IMG/VR virus record: IMGVR_UViG_3300025154_002045
Coordinates: 1 to 55,922 of that record
Reading direction: 5' to 3' (one strand)
Origin: a virus
Lineage: Duplodnaviria > Caudoviricetes
Length of the DNA stretch: 55,922 nt
The notes below the pieces were generated by a model. It saw only the letters and a list, made by a program, of their open reading frames with translations, made no database searches and was not told the origin of the DNA. How positions within the stretch are numbered: position 1 is the first letter of the stretch; each line of letters opens with the position of its first letter. Positions 1-6,893 of the stretch are shown in pieces. The position numbers were made by a program, and so were the translations under genes.

Positions 1-27
1 ACCGGGCGAAATCAAGGATATACAATT

Positions 28-1644
28 TCACAAATAGGGAGAGGTGCCGGAGCGGTTGAACGGGCTTGACTCGAAATCAAGTGTACTCGCAAGGGTATCG
101 AGGGTTCGAATCCCTCCCTCTCCGCCAGATGTCCAAGTTAGAACCTTAGGTACGGCAAGGGTTTTTGAGCCCTTGCCCACGACTTTTGGGGGGTCGAACT
201 TGGACATGTGTAAGTCCATCAAGACATCAAAGACTGGCGTCCATATCGGCGTCAGTTTTTGATTTCTGACCGTGAATCCCTCAATGCAAAGCTTTAATAC
301 CGTTCGCTTCTGACTCGTGCCACTCTTTCCGTACACTTGATCAGCATGATCCGTGAAGTCCAGTAGCTCGTTGAATTTCTGCACGAATTTGTCCGACTTG
401 CCCTCGAGCACGGCCAAGTGATCCTGATACATTTCTTTCTCCTTAAGAAGCTCGTCCTGAATCTTTATAAAGACCTCTGCGTCTATGATGCGTTTTGAGC
501 GATCCACGACGATATTGCGGATCTGCTGTTGCACCCTGATCAAGTCGTGCTTGAGACTCTTACGCTCGTTATCCTCCTGCGTTAGACGCTCCTGTGCGAA
601 GTGCTGGAAGTACGCATCCAAGACAGTCTTGAACTTAGGTGGCAACTGCACATGAGAAAGATACGCCATGACCTGTTCCTCGATAATCTCGGATCGTGTG
701 TACTTTCTTTCCGGACATTTGGCGTCACGCCGGTGAGAGCAGTTATAGTACAAGTGACCCTTTTTCACCTGACCACTCAACATCGAACCGCAGTGACCGC
801 ATCGCATGAAGCCAGTAAGCGGAAACGTATGCTTGCGAGACCGGTCCGCATAGTGATTGTGCTGGGCGATGATCTCCTGCACGTCATCAAACATTTTCTT
901 TGTGATGAGTGACGGGAAGTTTGCCTGATTGGTAGCCGATCGTGTTTTTATAAGTCCGTAGTAGATCGTATTTTGAAGCATCCGTTCAACACCTTTCTTT
1001 GAGACACGTTTGCCAGCCTTACTTTTGAGACCACGCTTTGCCAACTCGTCACCGAGTGTGTAATAAGAAAATTTGCCGGTGGCGTAGAGCTCGAACCCGA
1101 GCTTCACATATGGTGCTCGAACATTGTCCACAATAAGCGACTTGGTCTTCCGATCGTTCATGTAGCCGATTGGGGCGTATCCGGGGAACCTGCCACGCTC
1201 TACGGCTTCCTTGAGACCCTTCCTGACCTCCCAGCTGATGTTCTGGGACGTCCATTGAGCGATCGACGACATGATGTTCTCGACCAACTCTCCGGAGAAA
1301 GACTCGTCGAATTGCTCGACCACCGAGATCAACCGAACGTCGTGCTTCTTGAGCATCATCTTGATCGCCGCATAGTCGGCCACGTTGCGACACATACGAT
1401 CGAGCTTGTGCATCAGGATCGCATCGATCTTGGCATCAGTCTTTGCTCGGTGAAGCATTTTCTGAAGCTGTGGACGTTCAACGGTACGAGCCGATTCGCC
1501 CTTTTCTTCGTAGATGCCATCCGGTGCGAGATTCCAATTGTGATCCATGCCGTACTTCTGACATGCTTTCACCTGAGCCGGAATACTCAGTTCTCGTTCG
1601 GCCTGACGAGATGTAGAGACACGGCCGTAGATTAAGTAGTTCAT
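28..1644 (-). CDS. Large serine recombinase (phage integrase)
   Basis: YGRVST catalytic motif, KLDRMCRN, recombinase domain (GYAPIGY), Zn ribbon (CGHCG...C...C), coiled coil; last ~32 codons are antisense to the tRNA and its leader. Confidence 0.95.
   Translation of the reverse strand: MNYLIYGRVSTSRQAERELSIPAQVKACQKYGMDHNWNLAPDGIYEEKGESARTVERPQLQKMLHRAKTDAKIDAILMHKLDRMCRNVADYAAIKMMLKKHDVRLISVVEQFDESFSGELVENIMSSIAQWTSQNISWEVRKGLKEAVERGRFPGYAPIGYMNDRKTKSLIVDNVRAPYVKLGFELYATGKFSYYTLGDELAKRGLKSKAGKRVSKKGVERMLQNTIYYGLIKTRSATNQANFPSLITKKMFDDVQEIIAQHNHYADRSRKHTFPLTGFMRCGHCGSMLSGQVKKGHLYYNCSHRRDAKCPERKYTRSEIIEEQVMAYLSHVQLPPKFKTVLDAYFQHFAQERLTQEDNERKSLKHDLIRVQQQIRNIVVDRSKRIIDAEVFIKIQDELLKEKEMYQDHLAVLEGKSDKFVQKFNELLDFTDHADQVYGKSGTSQKRTVLKLCIEGFTVRNQKLTPIWTPVFDVLMDLHMSKFDPPKVVGKGSKTLAVPKVLTWTSGGEGGIRTLDTLASTLDFESSPFNRSGTSPYL
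38..127 (+). tRNA. tRNA-Ser, anticodon CGA
   Basis: Acceptor stem GGAGAGG/CCTCTCC, anticodon arm CTTGA-CT(CGA)AA-TCAAG, long variable arm, T-loop GGTTCGAATCC, G discriminator and encoded CCA. Confidence 0.97.
122..145. other. attL of prophage (core CCGCCAG plus phage arm ATGTCCAAGTTAGAACC)
   Basis: Core CCGCCAG 122-128 recurs at 37971-37977; arm 128-145 is the inverted complement of 37947-37966 apart from a 2-nt insertion. Confidence 0.88.
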
Positions 1645-1706
1645 AATTTATAAATTCTTTACTAATTTTTTATAATTTCTTGACCACCACCTCTTAAAAT
1701 AACTAG

Positions 1707-1730
1707 AGGGCTCACCTTGCGGAGAGCCCT
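1707..1730 (-). terminator. Hairpin between repressor and integrase (possible terminator/attenuator)
   Basis: AGGGCTC...GAGCCCT stem with GCAA loop on minus strand; weak U-tract. Confidence 0.4.
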
Positions 1731-1735
1731 GTTCG

Positions 1736-2452
1736 TTAATACTTTTTGATGTGGTAAACCAACCGACCTATCATCTTGCTCTCCTTGAGATGGTAGGTCT
1801 TTTTGAAGCCCTCCTTCTCCGGCCGAAGCTCAAGGTGATCACCTCGCTCTTGGTAATAAGTCATCACCAGACCATCCGGTGTACTCATGATCACGATGTC
1901 GCCATTCTTTGGATCGTGATCGGCATCAAGAATAACGAAGTCTCCGGAAAGAATGCCTGCATCCGGAAGTGCGAGATCAGACACCCTAAGCCCAAACACT
2001 CGATGACCCGCAATGATTGAATCCTTCGGCATTAAAACGAAATCGCTCGAACGATTCAAATGACCATCGAGATCATCAATAGGAATCGCTACGAGCACTG
2101 GCAATTTAAAATGTCCGTCACCGGAAAAACTTTTTTTCAATTCCTCCAATCCCTCTTCAAGTTTGTTGGCGGCTTCATGCACACGCTTCTCGCCGACATC
2201 TTTGAGATTGAATTTGTAGTCAGTCTGCATGCTGACCTTTTGCATTTTGCCCTCCGCCCAATGCTTCTTCACTTCCTCTTTCGGAAGCTGGTATGCCTTA
2301 GCAAAAGTCTCCAACTGTTTGTTGGATGGCATACGAGCACCATTCTCCAGCTGGCTCACATAGCTCGAGGAAAAGCCGAGCCGCTCTGCGATCTCTTTGA
2401 TACTCCAGTTATTCGATTCTCTTTGTTGTTTTAGATATGAACCAAATGACAT
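1736..2452 (-). CDS. CI-like repressor: XRE HTH plus degenerate S24/LexA domain
   Basis: N-terminal HTH (SIKEIAERLGFSSSYVSQLENG); C-terminal S24 pattern (FGLRV...GI.SGD.VI.D...KNGDIVI...LELRPE); divergent from cro. Confidence 0.88.
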   Translation of the reverse strand: MSFGSYLKQQRESNNWSIKEIAERLGFSSSYVSQLENGARMPSNKQLETFAKAYQLPKEEVKKHWAEGKMQKVSMQTDYKFNLKDVGEKRVHEAANKLEEGLEELKKSFSGDGHFKLPVLVAIPIDDLDGHLNRSSDFVLMPKDSIIAGHRVFGLRVSDLALPDAGILSGDFVILDADHDPKNGDIVIMSTPDGLVMTYYQERGDHLELRPEKEGFKKTYHLKESKMIGRLVYHIKKY

Positions 2453-2520
2453 ATTTGTTGATTTTGCTTAATCGGTTAATGGCGACCTTATTGCTTACAT
2501 GATAGCAAATTAGTAAAGAT

Positions 2521-2581
2521 TAAGCAACTTTGCTTATCCACACCCCAATATATTGACCTTGTAAGCAAAATTGCTTAATAT
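2521..2581 (+). promoter_or_regulatory. Lytic promoter with two palindromic operators TAAGCAA-N2-TTGCTTA
   Basis: Operators at 2521-2536 and 2562-2577; -35 TTGACC 2553-2558, 17-nt spacer, -10 TAATAT 2576-2581; extra TTGCTTA half-sites at 2464 and 2491; DnaA-box match TTATCCACA 2534-2542. Confidence 0.8.
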
Positions 2582-2611
2582 GACTGTAGGGGTCTAAAAG
2601 TTAAACAATTT

Positions 2612-2818
2612 ATGAACAAAGCACCAGTGAATATAAAACTCCGTGACCTTCGAATCAAGAAAGGGCTAACGCAATACAAGCTAGCCCGAATTCTTGGTTT
2701 TAAGCACAACACTGCGATCAGCCGGTACGAGACAGGACGGAAGCGTCCGAATCTCGAAACAGCCCAGCGGATCGCTTTGGCTCTCGGAGTCAGAGTAGAG
2801 GAAGTTTTCTTGCCGTAG
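2612..2818 (+). CDS. Cro-like XRE HTH regulator
   Basis: 68 aa, LRDLRIKKGLTQYKLARILG...ISRYETGRKRP HTH; divergent from repressor. Confidence 0.9.
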   Translation: MNKAPVNIKLRDLRIKKGLTQYKLARILGFKHNTAISRYETGRKRPNLETAQRIALALGVRVEEVFLP

Positions 2819-2871
2819 GCAAGGTGGGGTCAAAAAAAGTGTGAGGTCACTTCTATGAACCAAACCACCGC

Positions 2872-3150
2872 ATGTCCAAACCAGCAAAAGACGAGGAAGC
2901 TCTTATTGAGCTTACTCACAATGCTCTCGCCGAAGTTCTCGGACGGGAGCCTACTAAGCAGGAAGTTTGGAAAGTCCATGCTGGCTTTAAGCGCATGGCG
3001 TTCATGCTTTTGGATCACATGGATCACATCAAAAAACATGACAACAAAAATCCTGATCAAGAGACTTATCCGAAGGATGTGGACTCGGATGACTCGGAAA
3101 CCGCCGACGAGGAAGGAACTTCTTTGGAGACGGGAGAGTCTACTCCGTAA
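2872..3150 (+). CDS. Hypothetical phage early protein
   Basis: ATG-initiated 92-aa ORF right after cro, helical N-terminus, acidic tail. Confidence 0.6.
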   Translation: MSKPAKDEEALIELTHNALAEVLGREPTKQEVWKVHAGFKRMAFMLLDHMDHIKKHDNKNPDQETYPKDVDSDDSETADEEGTSLETGESTP

Positions 3151-3250
3151 TTTCACAATCCGGGAACTCGAAAATCCAACTATGCGACGAGACTTCTGCC
3201 GAGCGATGGACAACATCGATCGAGCCCTACCCAAGTCCAAAGAATGGTAG
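3038..3250 (+). CDS. Hypothetical basic protein (3' part of ORF 2855-3250)
   Basis: In-frame ATG at 3038 after an A-run; overlaps previous ORF in another frame. Confidence 0.35.
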   Translation: MTTKILIKRLIRRMWTRMTRKPPTRKELLWRRESLLRNFTIRELENPTMRRDFCRAMDNIDRALPKSKEW

Positions 3251-3342
3251 ACGGCGTCTTACTCTCCCCTCAATGGCGCCAGACGGTGATGGGAGGAATA
3301 AGGCGCGGTCTGGTCAACCATTCGCCTTTATTATTCGTTGCC

Positions 3343-3885
3343 ATGTCAGATGAAAAAATAAAAGTTAGAGATTTAAGAAATGGCGATTGGTATTGGATCA
3401 ACAAAGTACTCCTCGATGAGTACGGAGAGAAACTCAAGCCGATCGGCATCGCAATTTATAACTGCCTGGCGGCACATGCTAATCAGGAGGGTTTTTGTTT
3501 TCCATCACACAAGCACATTGCCAACAAAATAGGAGCCAGCATCTCGAGCGTGCAAAGAGGCATCCGGCAACTTATCAAACTGAATCTCATTCGCAAAGGC
3601 CGACAACGATATCACAACCTCTACTACCTCTTAAAACTAGATAGGTCACACAGACCGACCTCAAAAGAGATCGGTCAGTCAGACCGGCACATCGGTCATA
3701 CAGACCGGTCAGATCAGTCAGCCGGAACTACTAACAAGAATAAAGAAAAAGATTTAAATAAAAAGAATTACGCTCGTGATCAAAAAACTGTGGATAACTT
3801 GGAGGAAATGAAAAGAGCACTGGCCAACAAGATGTCCATGAATAGCGGTAGGAAGCATTTAAGAACGGCAACGGATGAACCTTGA
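3343..3885 (+). CDS. Phage replication initiator (wHTH, HTH_36-like)
   Basis: IAIYNCLAAHAN..G.CFPS...IA.KIG.S.SSVQRGIRQLIKLNLI pattern; internal iterons; start moved to ATG 3343. Confidence 0.82.
   Translation: MSDEKIKVRDLRNGDWYWINKVLLDEYGEKLKPIGIAIYNCLAAHANQEGFCFPSHKHIANKIGASISSVQRGIRQLIKLNLIRKGRQRYHNLYYLLKLDRSHRPTSKEIGQSDRHIGHTDRSDQSAGTTNKNKEKDLNKKNYARDQKTVDNLEEMKRALANKMSMNSGRKHLRTATDEP
3644..3797. repeat. Putative phage origin: iterons GGTCANNCAGACCG, A-rich tract and DnaA box
   Basis: Copies at 3644-3657, 3673-3686, 3694-3707 plus a degenerate fourth near 3713; A-rich 3731-3770; TGTGGATAA 3789-3797. Confidence 0.75.
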
Positions 3886-3954
3886 AAAGCAATTGATCGT
3901 TCGGAAGTCGTCGAACCCGAACCATTGATTATTTATTAATTAACCACCATGAAC

Positions 3955-4079
3955 GAGGATTTCTGCGGCCGAGCCCGATAAGGAACTGGTGAATGCAATT
4001 CACTCTTTCCCGACCCGAGGTTCTCCGTTGCCAGGTATAGAACCAACAACAGCTTATCGGGCTGGCATCAGAGAACCTC
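3955..4079 (+). ncRNA. Candidate structured leader RNA upstream of Zn-ribbon gene
   Basis: Perfect 11-bp stem 3972-3982/4053-4063 extended by outer pairing; inner hairpins GTGAAT/ATTCAC and GGTTCT/AGAACC. Confidence 0.5.
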
Positions 4080-4092
4080 CGGAACAAAAACT

Positions 4093-4383
4093 ATGGAAGC
4101 AGAGGAACCAACCAATCTAGGAAACTGTCCTCACTGCACCAACATCATCTTCAAAGATGCGGTTTTCAACTCCGAGGGCCGATTCTCTATGCGGTGTCCA
4201 CATTGCAGTAAGACACTGAAAGTGATTATCAAACAAAAGATTGAGATCATTATTCTCCCTGCTATCAATGAAATAAAGAAAAAAAGTCCCGGGGTGGTCG
4301 CAGTGATCCTCGTCCTTTACCTTCCGCCGATCCTACATCGATTGACGCAAGGGGCGGACATTTTTCAGGATATTTTTAGCTGA
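4093..4383 (+). CDS. Small zinc-ribbon protein (Mu Com-like)
   Basis: Two CPHC motifs about 20 aa apart (CPHC...F...SMRCPHCSK), hydrophobic C-terminus. Confidence 0.65.
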   Translation: MEAEEPTNLGNCPHCTNIIFKDAVFNSEGRFSMRCPHCSKTLKVIIKQKIEIIILPAINEIKKKSPGVVAVILVLYLPPILHRLTQGADIFQDIFS

Positions 4384-4408
4384 CTCAACAGCGTAGACCT
4401 TTGAGATC

Positions 4409-4439
4409 GCAAAAAGGAGCTTATATAGCCCCTTTTTGC
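4409..4439. terminator. Bidirectional intrinsic terminator
   Basis: GCAAAAAGGAGC-loop-GCCCCTTTTTGC between convergent units. Confidence 0.65.
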
Positions 4440-4454
4440 CATTTATTTGCCCCT

Positions 4455-4643
4455 GTGGCGAGCTTTGCCCGAGGGGTTAGAGCCTTTGTGCCTATAAAGC
4501 AAAAAACTCCCACAAATGGAAGTCCTTTGCTGGAATAGCACTCTTGGTAGACCCGTAAGCCACCGCCGCTTTTAACCGAACAAGTCGGACTTATTGAACG
4601 GTAATGTTTCCGGCGTAAGCCGAAAAATACCAACTCTCGCTAC
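4455..4643 (+). ncRNA. Candidate ~190-nt multi-hairpin RNA of unknown family
   Basis: Closing stem GTGGCGAG/CTCGCTAC, at least five internal hairpins, CGGC-GTAA-GCCG GNRA loop; G-U pairs favour + strand. Confidence 0.5.
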
Positions 4644-4665
4644 TCCAACATAATTTTATCACTTT

Positions 4666-5487
4666 TCATAAATAGCTGGGAGCATATTTTTGATACTGGT
4701 TCTTGTCGACAAAGATTATGGAATTGACGTAGTGAAGTGTGGTCTCTAGCAAAGTATGTCTAAGCTGTCTGTTTAAGGCCACCAGATTAGCTCCCCGGAG
4801 AAGCATATTCGCTGACATTGAATGTCTTAGTAGATGCGGATACGTTCTTTTGCTTATCCTAGCTCTTTTAGCCAAAACATGAACAAGCTTCCTTAAATCT
4901 TGTCCCTTGTAATTATTTTGCATCCTAAGGGTGGTGAAAAGAAAATCGTCTTCCGTTCTCGGATATTTTTCCAGATACTCGAAAACAACTTTTGTGCATT
5001 CAGGGGGTATCTCCGAAATCCCATCCTTGAAACCCTTACCGCTCACAACTCTCACAGCGTTTTGAGCATACAGAAAATCTTTTTTTCTAAGATTGCAAAG
5101 CTCTTTATTTCTTAGCCCTGAATAAGCAAGAAGTGAGATAATTGCCTTCTCTCGAACATTTTTGGAACTAAATATGAGAGTGGTGATCTCCGCTTCAGTG
5201 AGAGTATCCTTCATCATCGGCTTTGGCTTTTTTTGTCTGCCCAGCTTGATCGGGTTACCAATAAATTTCATATACTTTTCTATCGCCAAGGACGTGTTCA
5301 GCTTATAACTATAAGAGAATGGCGAAGTGTAAAAAGCATAAACATAATTTTTTACTTTTTCGTGATCAGGATACTCACCAATAGATTCAATCAAGCGCCT
5401 TGCACCACCTACGTAACCATGAACCGTAATTTCTGATAGACCCTCATCCACAACCAAAAACCGCTCAAACATTGTTTTATTTGTCAT
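4666..5487 (-). CDS. Tyrosine recombinase (Xer-like, 273 aa)
   Basis: SGLRNKEL, GKGFKD, PHLLRHS, LRH...TTLHY: complete R-K-H-R-H-Y set. Confidence 0.92.
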   Translation of the reverse strand: MTNKTMFERFLVVDEGLSEITVHGYVGGARRLIESIGEYPDHEKVKNYVYAFYTSPFSYSYKLNTSLAIEKYMKFIGNPIKLGRQKKPKPMMKDTLTEAEITTLIFSSKNVREKAIISLLAYSGLRNKELCNLRKKDFLYAQNAVRVVSGKGFKDGISEIPPECTKVVFEYLEKYPRTEDDFLFTTLRMQNNYKGQDLRKLVHVLAKRARISKRTYPHLLRHSMSANMLLRGANLVALNRQLRHTLLETTLHYVNSIIFVDKNQYQKYAPSYL

Positions 5488-5511
5488 CTTTATTGTTGTT
5501 AATTTGTAATT

Positions 5512-5545
5512 AATAAAAATACCCCCTGGCTAAGCCAAAGGGTAT
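5512..5545 (-). terminator. Intrinsic terminator at end of the minus-strand defence operon
   Basis: Minus strand ATACCCTTTGGC-TTA-GCCAGGGGGTAT followed by TTTTATT. Confidence 0.6.
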
Positions 5546-5594
5546 CTTTATGGAGAATTCCGCAAGCGTGGCTTTGCCACGAAAACTCACTAGA

Positions 5595-6119
5595 CTACGC
5601 TTTGAAATCCCAGTTATCCTCGTACTGTTCAGCGGTCGGAGTAGGTATCGGATACTGTTCTCCTTTTACGCCAAGCCGGAAAATACGCATCTCTCCATCC
5701 TTAACTTTCTTGCCCTCTTTTTTCTTCTCTCCCAGCCAGAGGGTGTGTTGACCTTTTACATAGTTCGCAACAACTTTGCTCGGAACAATATAAAACTTAA
5801 AAACATTGGTGTCTTTTGAAATGTTTACGAAACAGTAAAAGAGAGTCGGGATGTCGACCGTTTCGTTTTTCTTGCTCATGATCCATCCGCTTACAGACGA
5901 TCCGTGAACCTTTGAGACCGATGCCTTATTGCGACTGTTCTGAAAGTTAGTCTTTACTTCCATCTGGTATAGCTTTCCGGTGCGAGGATCAGAGACTAAA
6001 ATGTCGACACTCTTCGTGTGACCGAGTGTCATGTTTGCGTCGTATCCTCGCAAAGCAAGCTGTGATAGAACAGCAAATTCACCGGCGATAGATACTGAGT
6101 TTTTGTTGATTGAATTCAT
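5595..6119 (-). CDS. PD-(D/E)XK nuclease-fold protein
   Basis: AGEFAVLSQL..RG...VDILV...MEVKT motif. Confidence 0.75.
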   Translation of the reverse strand: MNSINKNSVSIAGEFAVLSQLALRGYDANMTLGHTKSVDILVSDPRTGKLYQMEVKTNFQNSRNKASVSKVHGSSVSGWIMSKKNETVDIPTLFYCFVNISKDTNVFKFYIVPSKVVANYVKGQHTLWLGEKKKEGKKVKDGEMRIFRLGVKGEQYPIPTPTAEQYEDNWDFKA

Positions 6120-6136
6120 GGGCTTATTGTTAAAGA

Positions 6137-6889
6137 TTACTTATATTTGTTAATTGTCTCGACGTACTGACAATAATCGCAATCCGGCTTACCGGCTGGA
6201 ATAGCATCGCCATTGAGACACTTGTGAGCGTCGATGAGTGCTTTTTCTACCCATGAATCATCGCCGGTGTACGGGATCAAAGTGATATCGAAGTCTAGCT
6301 TCGCATCGAATGCCTCACGGTCAGACTTCCCATTGCAGTAAACGAAATATCCAGTGCTGGAAACTTTCAATCCGTTACGGCGAAGCAACCACTGATACAC
6401 CTCCATCTGACGCTTATATCCAATCTGCCATTCTTTATTAAGCTCGGTGATATCCTCGGCTTTGGAAGTCGCCTTATAGTCGACGACAATGTATTCACCC
6501 TGCGGACTTTGCCAGAGATCATCAATCGCACCGAACACTAAAAAGTTTGTCTCCGGATGCAGATACTGAATGCCGGTAAAATTGTGTCGCCACTTTTCCA
6601 ACTGCTCGTGAGGAATCGGTCGTGCATCAATCCCATACTTTTCGATAAGCGGATGCTTTGTACCGTTCGCACGATGGATATCAAACTCGGCTTTTAAGAG
6701 ATGGTCTACCGCCGAGTTTAGAGCGAATGGAAAGCCGGGTGGCCGTCCGACACCGAGTTTGCGATCGTAATAGAAGCAACGAGGACACTGCAAAGAAAGA
6801 TCAATCTTTGATCGTGATAGTTTGAACGGGTCCGACGATGCCGGATCATATAAACTTTTTACTCGTTGTGGTGTGTAGTATTCAGACAT
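6137..6889 (-). CDS. PD-(D/E)XK nuclease, AddB/Cas4-like with Cys ligands
   Basis: LSRSKI...CPRCFY, GAIDD, VDYKAT, QMEVY, C-terminal CDYC; start moved to ATG 6889. Confidence 0.85.
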   Translation of the reverse strand: MSEYYTPQRVKSLYDPASSDPFKLSRSKIDLSLQCPRCFYYDRKLGVGRPPGFPFALNSAVDHLLKAEFDIHRANGTKHPLIEKYGIDARPIPHEQLEKWRHNFTGIQYLHPETNFLVFGAIDDLWQSPQGEYIVVDYKATSKAEDITELNKEWQIGYKRQMEVYQWLLRRNGLKVSSTGYFVYCNGKSDREAFDAKLDFDITLIPYTGDDSWVEKALIDAHKCLNGDAIPAGKPDCDYCQYVETINKYK

Positions 6890-6893
6890 AAAA

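Noticed and set aside
44-262. 72-aa + strand ORF
   Set aside because: Translation of the tRNA and antisense of the integrase
4515-4595. RNase P-like words GGAAGTCC and AACAAGTCGGACTTA
   Set aside because: No bulged-U P4, spacing too short, other conserved regions missing; kept only as an unclassified structure
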